From assembly GCA_963796965.1 (NCBI GenBank), contig CAWCNS010000011.1, positions 512,001 to 576,000 of the forward strand: DNA of 64,000 bases. Reading direction: 5' to 3'. Under the pieces are notes generated by a model, which was given only the letters and a program-made list of their open reading frames with translations, was not told where the DNA came from and did not search any database. Shown piece by piece: positions 32,738-42,950 of this stretch; position 1 is the first letter of the stretch, and each line of letters starts with the position of its first letter. Source of the DNA: Calditrichia bacterium. Lineage in GTDB: Bacteria > Calditrichota > Calditrichia > JAJRVZ01. Both the position numbers and the translations under genes were made by a program.

Positions 32738-34438
32738 TTAAATTCCTGGAATCAATAAATGTAGATCAGAAAGATCCCACCGTTTTCTAACCCGAAGGGT
32801 ATCATCCTGAATTATGTATGGCTCAGAAAAAATAAAAGGATTTAAACTACCTGGTGAATATCTTCCATTTTTATCTCTATCTACATAACCACCCAACTTA
32901 TACTTGCCTTCTGGCACCCAATTAATAATAAACATCCCACTCTCATCGATGGGCACCGAATAAGTCCGTTTACCACTCAGAGCCATAAACAGGATATAGA
33001 CATCCTCCTCCACTTTGCCATCCGAGTCCAATTCCCCACTAACAGATCCAAATTCATCTTCAGAAAGGGTGAAAAACGTATTTGCATATGTTGTATCTTT
33101 AGAGAGAGTATCACCCCATAACGTTTTCAAATTGGTTGTACTAAAGTTATAAATATATGTTTTTTCGGGCAATATTTTCGTATCTGGCCAAAAATATCCA
33201 TTGGACAATTCCACCCAAGACCAAATACCATTTAAATTCACGCTATCCTCTGACATAAAACTAAATCTATCTGAATATGATATCGTATCTACCGGGAGTG
33301 AGAATTCAGTCCTTACTTTTACACTCAGGTCTATTTGAGACATACTATCAGCTGGCGCTATCTTTAATAATTCAAATCTCGTAGTATCCTTTTTTGTGCT
33401 AGCCACGAATTCTACCACCTGATTCATATCTTGCAAATTACCTGTGGTATCTGTGATTTGCGGGACACTTAGACGATAAACTGATCCTGAATCTTGTGGT
33501 ACCGTATAAATATTAAAATATTTCGGCTCTTCTTTATTTCGTGCCAGGCCAAGAATCGAGAGCGTATTCCCGATTAATGTGTCTACAATGGTAACCATTG
33601 CAGATGTCAAATCATCAATTTCTTCACTAAATCGCAATTGGATAGTTCGGTTATCTATAGCTCTTGCGCCCGAGATTTCAGGTAATGTTGTGTCAATCCT
33701 GGTTGGTACAAAATGCAAAGGCCCTACAGCACCTGAGGAACTATCAAGTTTAACATCTTCAGTTGGAATTCCAATTCTCTCGCCTACCGCATCGAGGATA
33801 AAATTCTTATTCAGATCCTCAATAACGAAAATCCGATAGTACCCTTTAGGTAAATATCTTAACCAGAATTTTCCATCGGGTCCGGCTTGGCTCAGAAAGT
33901 CGGCTTCAACATATTGAGGATCAAGAGAATCTGGATTCGTATTTTTATAGGCATAAACATAATAGACCTCATTTTTATCAACACCAAAGACCCTACCATA
34001 TATTTCCCCCTTATCGAGAGAATCGCCCGTAGCAAAGGCCAGTTGAAATGAATCGGACATTCTATTCTTTCTCATATCCATGGCGCCAGAACCAATCGTA
34101 ATTACATAAGTCTGGTCATTAGTGAATGTATCCGTTAACGTCAACGTAAGTTCATCTCCACCAGACCAGTCTGTCTCATACTCAAGAGGTGGAGAAAGAA
34201 AAATAGATTTTTGCACCGATCCTTCATTCATTCTTTCAGAAAAATAAAATATAATTTCTTCTATAGACTCTAATCCTGTTGAATCAGGTCTCGGCTCCGT
34301 TGAAAGAATGAAAGGGGGTGTTTTATCAACAGGTCCTCCTCCAGGTCGGCCCCGCGACGCACAGGAAAACTGAGAAAGAAAAAGACTCAACACAGATACC
34401 CAGACAAATAGTTTTACTGCAATTCTGGCATCAATCAT
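32738..34438 (-). CDS. Lipoprotein with Ig-like (Big_5-type) domains
   Basis: Lipobox FSC followed by CA..G.PGGGPVDKTPP; FSE motifs; TYVITIG; AFATGDSLD. Confidence 0.85.
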   Translation of the reverse strand: MIDARIAVKLFVWVSVLSLFLSQFSCASRGRPGGGPVDKTPPFILSTEPRPDSTGLESIEEIIFYFSERMNEGSVQKSIFLSPPLEYETDWSGGDELTLTLTDTFTNDQTYVITIGSGAMDMRKNRMSDSFQLAFATGDSLDKGEIYGRVFGVDKNEVYYVYAYKNTNPDSLDPQYVEADFLSQAGPDGKFWLRYLPKGYYRIFVIEDLNKNFILDAVGERIGIPTEDVKLDSSSGAVGPLHFVPTRIDTTLPEISGARAIDNRTIQLRFSEEIDDLTSAMVTIVDTLIGNTLSILGLARNKEEPKYFNIYTVPQDSGSVYRLSVPQITDTTGNLQDMNQVVEFVASTKKDTTRFELLKIAPADSMSQIDLSVKVRTEFSLPVDTISYSDRFSFMSEDSVNLNGIWSWVELSNGYFWPDTKILPEKTYIYNFSTTNLKTLWGDTLSKDTTYANTFFTLSEDEFGSVSGELDSDGKVEEDVYILFMALSGKRTYSVPIDESGMFIINWVPEGKYKLGGYVDRDKNGRYSPGSLNPFIFSEPYIIQDDTLRVRKRWDLSDLHLLIPGI

Positions 34439-34602
34439 ACAATAAATTAAAGATATTACCTAAAATATAAAAATTTAAATACACCCTTTTATTCATTTTA
34501 AATCTGTAGGAAATCCGAAAAATAACCGGCCTTATAAGTTTGATCGCTGAAAGGACGATAAATACACATCCTCACATCCCCTCTATCAATTGATTACACC
34601 GC

Positions 34603-35850
34603 TCAATCATATTCAGATTGAAAAGATGATTCTAATGATGCTTTTAGATCCTGCAAATTCCATTCTCCGGGGAGCAGAGAAAAGCATTTCATTACATCTA
34701 TAACCATTTCCCCTTTCAAATGTCGCTTGGACCACCGCGGAAGGATACGATAACCCCCTTTTATATTAACAACTACCACAGGCACCTGAGCACTTAATAT
34801 GAAACGAATGGTACTGTATTTAAAATCCCCTAAACGCCCATCCCATGTTCGTTCTCCCTCCGGAAATATTCCAATACAATGGCCTGTTTTTAATCGTCGG
34901 ATTGCCTGCCGTATTACAATTGGATCGGTTTCATATCGTCTGTTAGGTATTGACCGATAAGCCCTCAAAATAGGCTGCAAAATTCTATTTGCAAAAGAAG
35001 TGCTTTTTGTAAAAAACCCTATTCGTCTCGGCGAAAGAGTAGACAGGAGAATAGGATCCAAATAACTTTCATGATTGGCAATTAGAATACAGGGACCTTG
35101 ACGTGGAATTAGTTCTTTGTTTCTGAATTGAAGATTTGCGGAATGCTTTAAATAATGGGTGACAGGAAGGCCAATGAGAAGATGCAGAATTAATTCAAAT
35201 ATAGAAAACTTTTCTTTAAACCTATTTGCATCAGCTGTAGGATGTGGAATTAATGGTTTTAGTGGCGAGGGAATTTTGTATTTTAATATGGGTTGATGTT
35301 CAATGAACGCACCAAACGAAGAATACTGTTTATACCACTTTATTAACAAATCCTCATATTTTAAGGGACTTTCTTCTTTAAAATATATTTGAAAAAAGGG
35401 TTTATCCCTGATCTTAAACTCCAGGTATTTAGAATTTGTGGAAAATCCCATTATATCGGATATATTAAAGATCCAACTGGTCTGCGCACCTTGGAATCTT
35501 AATCGATCTTCCTCAATCTTCAAGATACCCTCCGCAACATCAACTGGTTTTTCAATAATCGTGTACTCTCTCTCAAATCCCCTAAAAATCATCCTTTTTA
35601 TTCCTTGCCGTAGGATCGCCTGCTTTGATTCCCTCAGTACAGGACCCTTAGATATTGTTCTTATTAATAATTTTTGTTTGATAAGATCATAAAAATAGGG
35701 CAATTCATATTGTATGTTACTAAAAGTTATAAAGTTATTGAGGAACGGGAAATGACTCTGACAAGTGGAACAGTGGAGGGAATTACCAATCTGGTTTATC
35801 GTGTCTTCTTCATGGCAGACAGGACAGAGATAAATGAGTTTTTTAATCAT
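34603..35850 (-). CDS. Lysophospholipid acyltransferase (PlsC family) with N-terminal Cys4 zinc-ribbon region
   Basis: NHESYLDP and FPEGERT in the C-terminal half; CPVC-x14-CSTC at the N-terminus. Confidence 0.85.
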   Translation of the reverse strand: MIKKLIYLCPVCHEEDTINQIGNSLHCSTCQSHFPFLNNFITFSNIQYELPYFYDLIKQKLLIRTISKGPVLRESKQAILRQGIKRMIFRGFEREYTIIEKPVDVAEGILKIEEDRLRFQGAQTSWIFNISDIMGFSTNSKYLEFKIRDKPFFQIYFKEESPLKYEDLLIKWYKQYSSFGAFIEHQPILKYKIPSPLKPLIPHPTADANRFKEKFSIFELILHLLIGLPVTHYLKHSANLQFRNKELIPRQGPCILIANHESYLDPILLSTLSPRRIGFFTKSTSFANRILQPILRAYRSIPNRRYETDPIVIRQAIRRLKTGHCIGIFPEGERTWDGRLGDFKYSTIRFILSAQVPVVVVNIKGGYRILPRWSKRHLKGEMVIDVMKCFSLLPGEWNLQDLKASLESSFQSEYD

Positions 35851-35857
35851 CCAGTAT

Positions 35858-35905
35858 AAAAAACCATATTTGCTAAATTTGTTAATGCTTTAGCAAATAT
35901 GGTTT
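35858..35905 (-). terminator. Terminator-like hairpin after rplS
   Basis: 17-bp perfect stem AAACCATATTTGCTAAA/TTTAGCAAATATGGTTT; T6 on the minus strand. Confidence 0.75.
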
Positions 35906-35918
35906 CAATTCGATTTTT

Positions 35919-36257
35919 CTATTTTTCAGCGATACGAGCAGCTTTACCGCGTAATTTTCTAAGGTAGTACAATTTCGCCCGACGAACACGACCAATTTTT
36001 TTATTCTCAATCTTGGCTATGCGTGGGGAGTGCATAGGAAAGATACGCTCAACACCAACACCGTTCGATACTTTGTGGACGGTAAATGTTTCATGAATAC
36101 CGCCGCCTTTTCGGCGAATACACACACCTTCAAAAATCTGGATACGTTCCTTTTCACCTTCAATCACTCGTGTATGAACGCGCAGCGTGTCACCGGCTTT
36201 AAATTCCGGATGGTCCGTTCTTAGTTGATTCGCTGTAATAGTATTTATTAAGTCCAT
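35919..36257 (-). CDS. rplS: 50S ribosomal protein L19
   Basis: [41 protein letters not shown]. Confidence 0.97.
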   Translation of the reverse strand: MDLINTITANQLRTDHPEFKAGDTLRVHTRVIEGEKERIQIFEGVCIRRKGGGIHETFTVHKVSNGVGVERIFPMHSPRIAKIENKKIGRVRRAKLYYLRKLRGKAARIAEK

Positions 36258-36258
36258 T

Positions 36259-36963
36259 TCAATCACCTATCTTCTTTAAATATTTTTTATATAAATCAGG
36301 ACGTCTGTCCTTTGTAATTTTTTCTTTTTGATCCAGTCGCCATTTGTCTATTTTATCATGATCCCCGGAAAGCAAGACTTCTGGCACTGATATTCCTTTA
36401 AAATGTTCTGGCCGCGTATAGTAATCGCAATCCAGTAAATTGTCGCTAAATGAGTCAGTGAAGGCCGATTCCATATCGCCTAAAACACCTGGCAATAAGC
36501 GTACAACAGCATCTACAATTGCCGTTGCTGGAATCTCTCCGCCCGACAAAACAAAATCCCCTAATGAGATTTCAGTAATGGGGAAAAAAGACTTAAGCCT
36601 CTCGTCTATACCTTTATAGTGACCGCAGATTATAACCAGATGCTCCAACAGTGATAGTTTTACAGATTTGGCCTGGTCAAATTTTTCACCCCTGGGAGAA
36701 GTTAAGAGAATTTCCCTTGAAGTATATTTACTCTTTTCCAAGATCTCAGTCACACATTTGTAAAGAGGTTCGATCTTGAATACCATGCCGGCACCACCGC
36801 CATACGGTGCATCATCAACTGTCTTATGCTTATCCTCTGTCCAGTCTCTAAGATCGTGAACTTGGATATTTACAATACTTTTTTTTACCGCGCGGCCGAT
36901 TATACTTTCCTGTAATGGTGTGGATACCATATTGGGAAAAGTGGTTATAATATCTATCTGCAT
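36259..36963 (-). CDS. trmD: tRNA (guanine37-N1)-methyltransferase
   Basis: [46 protein letters not shown]. Confidence 0.97.
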   Translation of the reverse strand: MQIDIITTFPNMVSTPLQESIIGRAVKKSIVNIQVHDLRDWTEDKHKTVDDAPYGGGAGMVFKIEPLYKCVTEILEKSKYTSREILLTSPRGEKFDQAKSVKLSLLEHLVIICGHYKGIDERLKSFFPITEISLGDFVLSGGEIPATAIVDAVVRLLPGVLGDMESAFTDSFSDNLLDCDYYTRPEHFKGISVPEVLLSGDHDKIDKWRLDQKEKITKDRRPDLYKKYLKKIGD

Positions 36964-36971
36964 ATATTATA

Positions 36972-37472
36972 TCAATCGACTAAGCCTTCTAACAAGTGAA
37001 TCGTTACACGTTTGTTTGCTATATCCACATGTTCGATTACATCCTTTATTGCAGGGATAAGAATCTCTTCACCGGATTTACTCTCAATAACATACACATC
37101 ATTGCTGCTTATTTGCAAAACTTCCCGGATAACTCCTATTTCCTGACCTCTATCTGAAACAACCTGGCATCCAATAAGATCATGTATAAAAAACTCATTA
37201 TCAGCCGGCGGAATCAAATCTTTCTCCTTAATAAAAATCTCGCCCCCTCTTAACTCTTCTGCATCATTACGAGATTCTATTCCGCGGAGTTTAAAAAAAA
37301 CAAACCTGTTGGAAATTCTTGATTTCTCGACAAAATAGGCTTGCTCTTCATTTTTTAAAACTATATATATTTTTTCTAATTGTTTATATCGCCTAATGTC
37401 GGGTGAAACAGAATTAATTTTTATTTCACCTTTAATCCCTTGTGGCTTTAAGACATAACCAATCAGATACAT
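36972..37472 (-). CDS. rimM: Ribosome maturation factor RimM
   Basis: IG..KPQGIKGE, DLIGC.V, NDVYVI, LIPAI; position in the operon. Confidence 0.93.
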   Translation of the reverse strand: MYLIGYVLKPQGIKGEIKINSVSPDIRRYKQLEKIYIVLKNEEQAYFVEKSRISNRFVFFKLRGIESRNDAEELRGGEIFIKEKDLIPPADNEFFIHDLIGCQVVSDRGQEIGVIREVLQISSNDVYVIESKSGEEILIPAIKDVIEHVDIANKRVTIHLLEGLVD

Positions 37473-37482
37473 TAATTCAAAA

Positions 37483-37713
37483 CTATTCTAAGATTTCAAG
37501 GACAGCTCTTTTACCTGCTTTAGCAGAGGCAGCACCTAATAAAGTCCTGATGGACTTTGCAGTTTGACCGTGTTTCCCAATGACCTTTCCAAGATCACCA
37601 TCTCCAACACGCAGTTCATACACAGTCACCCGCTCTCCATCAACTTCGGTTACTTGCACTTCGTCAGGCTTGTCAACGAGGTGTTTAGCGATGTACTCAA
37701 CAAATTCTTTCAT
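37483..37713 (-). CDS. khpA: KH-domain RNA-binding protein KhpA
   Basis: [26 protein letters not shown]; lies between rpsP and rimM. Confidence 0.92.
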   Translation of the reverse strand: MKEFVEYIAKHLVDKPDEVQVTEVDGERVTVYELRVGDGDLGKVIGKHGQTAKSIRTLLGAASAKAGKRAVLEILE

Positions 37714-37767
37714 CTCGATTCCTCCTAGAGTGTAGATCTACAATGAACGGTAACTCCAATTAGACTA

Positions 37768-38515
37768 TTATTCATCCTTTGAATCTGCTTTTGCAGCAGC
37801 ATCGTCTGCTGCATTTTTATCATCACTTGCCTTTTCTGCTGTATCATTTTTTGTCTTTTTTGTGCTCTCTTCTTCCTCGGCCACCTCAGGCTTCTTTTCT
37901 TCCTCAGCTGGAGCCTCTTCAACAGTCTCAATCTTGGGTTCTTCAACTGCTTCTTCTTTTTGCTCCTCAACAGGTTCTGCAACGACATCTTCTTCTTTTT
38001 CTTCGGCAACCACTTCTGCAGGTTCAGTCTCCTTAGTTTCAGACTACCTCAGGTTCACTCTCCTGAGCCTCCACTGGTTCAGGCGCTGCAACTACCGGTT
38101 CTTCCGCAACACTTTCTTCTTGCTCTGCTTCTTTCTTGGCTGCTTTTTCCTTGGCTTTTTTCAACTTATTTGCTTCCTGGCGTTTCTGGCGCTCAAGTTG
38201 AAGTAGTTCCCATTTTTTCATTTCTTCTTCGATTTTTTCAGGTTCTAACCCACTTTTCTGCAATTCAAGACGATGCCAGATACCTTCTTTACGAAGCAGA
38301 CTTCTAACTGTGGTAGAGGGTTGTGCACCCTGCTCAAGCCAATAATAAATCCGATCTTCTTTCAATTCCAACTGATGCGGATGTTTCAGTGGATCATAAC
38401 TACCCACAATTTCAATAAAACGGCCATCTCTGGGTGAACGTTGATCTGCAGCAACCAAACGATAATATGGTCTTTTTTTACGGCCCATCCGTCGCAATCT
38501 CAATCTTACTGACAA
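37768..38515 (-). CDS. rpsP: 30S ribosomal protein S16 with long acidic C-terminal extension; frameshift near 38042
   Basis: TTG start after [45 protein letters not shown]; the E/A/K-rich tail continues into ORF 37768-38013. Confidence 0.92.
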
Positions 38516-38541
38516 AGCTGTCTCCTTCTTAGTTTTAACAA

Positions 38542-39868
38542 TCAACCCATTGGAAAGGGCATCTTACCCATTCCTTTAAAGGGTTTTCTATTCATATTTT
38601 TCAACATTTTTTTCATTTGTCCAAATTGGTTCAACAGTCGGTTTACATCCTGCACACGGGTGCCGCTTCCAAGAGCAATTCTGCGCCTTCTGCTTCCATT
38701 CAATATTTTTGGATTTCGTCTTTCTATCAATGTCATAGAGTTAATGATAGCCTCAATGTAAACCAACGAGCGATCATCAACTTTCGCCCCTTTTATCTGG
38801 GCACCCATACCGGGAATCATTCCTAACAACTGATCAAGAGGGCCCATCTTTTTGATCTGCTGTAGTTGATCAAAAAAATCCTCAAGATTAAAATCTTGCT
38901 TTCTTAATTTTTTTTCCAGCTTCGCTGTGGTTTCCTGATCAATGTGTTTCCTGCGCTTTTTCAACCAGGGTGACCACATCACCCATACCCAAAATGCGTG
39001 ACGCCATTCGATCCGGGTAGAACTGCTCTACATCATCATACTTTTCACCCATACTAATAAACTTGATCGGCTTTTCGGTAACAGCTCTTATGGAAAGCGC
39101 CGCTCCTCCACGGGTGTCGCCATCAAGTTTAGTCAACACAATACCATCAAACTCCAAACGGTCACAAAACTCCTTAGCTGTGTTGACAGCATCCTGACCA
39201 GTCATACCATCTGCAACGAAAAGAATTTCATGAGGTTTCACTTTCGATTTAATTTCTTCAAGTTCCCTCATCATCTCATCATCAATATGCAGACGACCGG
39301 CCGTATCTAAGATCAAAACATCACAATTTTGTTTTCGCGCTTCAGCAATGGCATTTGAACAAATTTTTACAGCATCTTTGCTCTCTTCCGTGTAAACAGG
39401 TAGGTTAAGGTTTTTTCCTACTACTTGCAACTGCTCAATAGCAGCTGGACGGTAAATATCAGCTGCTACCAACATAGGATGTCGACCCTTTTTCCGGAAA
39501 AACTGTGCTAATTTTCCGGCAAAAGTAGTTTTACCTGATCCCTGCAAACCGGAGAGCATAACAATGGTAGGCGGTATTCCGGCAACCTTTATCTGTGTAG
39601 TTGTTTCTCCAAGCAAAGCGACCAGTTCAGAATGAACAATCTTGACAATCATCTGACCCGGGGTTACACTGCGTAGAACCTCCTGACCAACAGATTGCTC
39701 CTGAACAGATTCGACAAATTTCTTTACGACCTTGTAATTTACATCCGCCTCAAGAAGTGCCCGGCGGATCTCTTTCATTGAATCAGCAATATTCTTTTCG
39801 GTTAACTTCCCGTATCCCCGCAGATTTTGAAATACTGATTCAAGCTTTTGAGTAAGATCTTCTAACAT
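38542..39868 (-). CDS. ffh: Signal recognition particle protein Ffh; frameshift near 38948
   Basis: [44 protein letters not shown] domain ([20 protein letters not shown]) in ORF 38542-38982. Confidence 0.96.
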
Positions 39869-39989
39869 ATAATAATAATCTAAATTTGGTCAATAGCCTT
39901 GAAATTTAAATAAATATCATTGCCTTAGCAATAATTTATTGAATTTTTAAAATTGTTTTAGGGCTTTTTTAGAGGACTTTTCCAGGTGC

Positions 39990-41318
39990 TTATAATTCTT
40001 TCTGAAGTTTTACAGCAAAAGACCCTTCCATATCATGGATATGTGGGAAAGTACGCACATATTTATTGTCAACTGAAAAGGTCTGAAACGACTCTGGGGG
40101 AGGTACTATTCGATATGTGTTTGGATTCTTACTTAAGAAGTCCTCAATGACTGCTTCATTCTCAGAAGGATCAACTGTGCATGTACTATAAATCAGGTAT
40201 CCTCCAGGTTTGAGTATCCGATCGGCATCTTTCAATATCTTTAATTGTAACGTCTGGAACTGAAATATCTCCTCAAGTGTGCGTCGCCATTTAATATCAG
40301 GATTTTTCTGAATCGTGCCCAATCCTGAACACGGTGCATCCACTAGGATTTGGTCAAAAGTTTTATTTTGAACTGGAGCTGACTGCGCATCTCCTATAAC
40401 TACCATAGCATCTGAGAAACCCAGGCGGCGGCAATTCTCTCTGATTTTAAGAATTCTTCCCTGCTGTGATTCCAATGCCATTATTTTTGATCCTGCATTC
40501 TTTTCTAATAAGGCTGTGTATTTCCCACCCGGTGCAGCGCAAGCATCAAGGATAGATTCACCTTCTTCAGGCTGAATCAATTGTGTAACTAAATAGCCAC
40601 TCTCATCCTGAATTGTGCATAGACCCTTTTGTAGCATACCAGTCTTTATGATACTTTGAAGATCACTTATTCGAAACATATCTTCGAAGTACTTAGAAGA
40701 AGTGAAATTAATCTTGGCTTCTACAAGGGCTGCTTTAAATTCATCTTTTTGAATTCTTTGTAGATTAATTCGTACATCAAATAAAGGACGCTCGTTCATG
40801 GATTGACACATTTCCTGAACAAAATCAATATCCCAAACACCCAGCCATCTCTTTATCAACCATTCAGGATATGAGTATCTTACTGCTAATCTGGTATCCG
40901 CATATTTAAACTTTCTTAGCGGATCAAGACCACGACCTTCCCGAATATAAGTTCTTAATATGCCATTAACTGTCTTGAAATTTGCTGCCGGTAATTTTTT
41001 CTTGGCGATTGAGACATATTCGTTCACTGTGGCATGAGGGGGGATATGTTCCAGAAAATCGAGTTCGTAAATTCCCAGGCATAGAATTAATTTAAAATTA
41101 TTAAGTGCTTTTTTGTAATTTCCATTGAATAGAGAAGAGATTTTCCAGTCAAAAAGGCTGCGGTGTCGGACGACTCCTGAAACGAGATTATAGATAAATT
41201 TTCGCTCTTTGTCGGATAGGTCACCTGTCCGAAGATGTTTTTCGAAAAGATCATCCAATCTGTTTTTTTCTCGTTCAAATTCCAGCAATATTCGAATTGC
41301 TGTTTCGCGCGCGTTCAT
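39990..41318 (-). CDS. rsmB: 16S rRNA m5C967 methyltransferase (NusB-like + MTase domains)
   Basis: VNGILR, SYPEWL, IQDES, DACAAPGGK, DAPCSGLG, YSTCT..ENE. Confidence 0.93.
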   Translation of the reverse strand: MNARETAIRILLEFEREKNRLDDLFEKHLRTGDLSDKERKFIYNLVSGVVRHRSLFDWKISSLFNGNYKKALNNFKLILCLGIYELDFLEHIPPHATVNEYVSIAKKKLPAANFKTVNGILRTYIREGRGLDPLRKFKYADTRLAVRYSYPEWLIKRWLGVWDIDFVQEMCQSMNERPLFDVRINLQRIQKDEFKAALVEAKINFTSSKYFEDMFRISDLQSIIKTGMLQKGLCTIQDESGYLVTQLIQPEEGESILDACAAPGGKYTALLEKNAGSKIMALESQQGRILKIRENCRRLGFSDAMVVIGDAQSAPVQNKTFDQILVDAPCSGLGTIQKNPDIKWRRTLEEIFQFQTLQLKILKDADRILKPGGYLIYSTCTVDPSENEAVIEDFLSKNPNTYRIVPPPESFQTFSVDNKYVRTFPHIHDMEGSFAVKLQKEL

Positions 41319-41328
41319 AGATTAGATG

Positions 41329-42093
41329 TCAAAAAGATTTTTGTATTGAAAAACTGAATTCCCCGATATTGGGGTTATAATTAAATCCCAGATCCATAGA
41401 ATTCTCTTCTATCTGGCGATTATGTGAATTTGCTAATCTAAGCGCATTAACCGCTGAGACCAGATGATTGAGGGCGATAGCGGCAAAAAAATACAAACGT
41501 TTGTTTTCAATTTCACGGGTCTCAATCCGGTAGGCATCGTAATCAAATCGACTAGATGTCAGGTCCCATTGCCAATAATAGAATCGGTTTTCCGGATATA
41601 GGCCATCGATATCCCGCTCCCGTCTTCTCTCTTCGTTGTACTCAAAAATATTGTCAAATTTCCCAATATCAATCCAAAATTGATTCACTTTACCTTCCCT
41701 GACAACATTTGCATGTTGAACAGCATAATTTTTATAGTCATTCTCTCTTAAATTTACATTTACAAGATTGGCAATAACCAACCCCCAACCAACGAGCTCA
41801 ATTCCTAGAAAGAGTTTGCTTTGAAAACTTTCACCAACATAGGCTTCACCGGTACCAGGCAGCAACAAACTATAAAAAAAGGCACGTGATGGTGATTTCC
41901 TTTCCAATTCTACTTTCTCATTATCAAAAGAAAACGTCAGCTTTGGATCAGACCAATTTTGACTCATTAACATCCGGCTTCCCGGTGAAAATGGCACGAC
42001 AAGAGAATCCTCCTGAGCCAATAGAGGTGCATGGTTTATTGTAAATAAAACCATCAGAAATAATATATATTTCGATCTTTTACCAGGTAACAT
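41329..42093 (-). CDS. Exported/membrane hypothetical protein (DUF5683-like), paralogue of the upstream gene
   Basis: KSPSRAFFYSLLLPGTGEAY and LNHLVSAVNA motifs; C-terminal beta-hairpin ending in F; start uncertain. Confidence 0.7.
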   Translation of the reverse strand: MLPGKRSKYILFLMVLFTINHAPLLAQEDSLVVPFSPGSRMLMSQNWSDPKLTFSFDNEKVELERKSPSRAFFYSLLLPGTGEAYVGESFQSKLFLGIELVGWGLVIANLVNVNLRENDYKNYAVQHANVVREGKVNQFWIDIGKFDNIFEYNEERRRERDIDGLYPENRFYYWQWDLTSSRFDYDAYRIETREIENKRLYFFAAIALNHLVSAVNALRLANSHNRQIEENSMDLGFNYNPNIGEFSFSIQKSF

Positions 42094-42946
42094 TGACACC
42101 AAACATTTGCACATTTTCATCAAGATATCTCTTATTATAAGCACGAATCTTTATGTTAATCTCACGATTATAACTGCGGGCTGTCCAGGCAGCATCCAAT
42201 GCACTTAATACGTGGTTTATTAAAATTATATTTGTCACAGTTGAGACTTTATCATAATAATCATTCATCCCATTACGCATATCCCGGTAAGTAAACATCT
42301 GAGGGGTCATATCGTCTGTATTACCATAATATTCCCGGTCGAAAACAGCATCTGCCCAACCGTTACCAAACTGTGTCAGGTATTTATAGATCATCTCATA
42401 GTATTGCTGGGTTTTTGTTTCAGGTAATCTATGCGAATGTCCTAAAGCATCCTCAAGAAAACGTAAACTTTTAATTACATCTGGATTATAGTCAATCAAT
42501 ATATTATTTTCATCAACTCGGTAGACGGGTAAAGTGCTAATTCCACTCTGTAAGGCTTCATAATAAAGTTTGGACCAATACCGTTGCTCACTCCAGTTTG
42601 CATTGGCATAGGCCTCCATTGCCTCTTCCTGATCACTCGCCTTGCCAGAATAAACAATATAAGCTGTCCATGACGCTACCTCTATCCCTGCAAAGAGAAT
42701 GACTTTCCATGTTGAACCGGCATAATATTGGCCCGTTCCGGGAATAACGGCAGAATATAACGCAGCCCGAATGACCGATTTTTCTTCATTGTCTTCAGAG
42801 ATCAAAGAATCTGTTTGCTGATAGGATGAATTTATCAGAACATGTTTTGCAAGGTTGGGCTCAAAATAGACTGTTTCGGATTTTTCTCCGGCCAGAAGCC
42901 CTTTACCAAAAATTAAAAGTAATGTTAGTATGTAGTATTTCATCAT
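42080..42946 (-). CDS. Exported/membrane hypothetical protein (DUF5683-like)
   Basis: Signal peptide from MMKYYILT; KSVIRAALYSAVIPGTGQYY, QQYYEMIYKY..QF..GW, INHVLSALDA; ends in W. Confidence 0.72.
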   Translation of the reverse strand: MMKYYILTLLLIFGKGLLAGEKSETVYFEPNLAKHVLINSSYQQTDSLISEDNEEKSVIRAALYSAVIPGTGQYYAGSTWKVILFAGIEVASWTAYIVYSGKASDQEEAMEAYANANWSEQRYWSKLYYEALQSGISTLPVYRVDENNILIDYNPDVIKSLRFLEDALGHSHRLPETKTQQYYEMIYKYLTQFGNGWADAVFDREYYGNTDDMTPQMFTYRDMRNGMNDYYDKVSTVTNIILINHVLSALDAAWTARSYNREINIKIRAYNKRYLDENVQMFGVNVTW

Positions 42947-42950
42947 AGTT

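Noticed and set aside
37725..38307. Lys/Arg-rich ORF 37725-38009 and plus-strand Ser/Phe-rich ORFs
   Set aside because: Alternative frames of the GAA-rich rpsP tail
38542..39868. ffh (and other split genes) as pseudogenes or programmed frameshifts
   Set aside because: Ffh is essential; the break is a single extra A in a short run, and both halves are intact. I saw no consistent slippery-site plus structure pattern, so assembly error is more parsimonious
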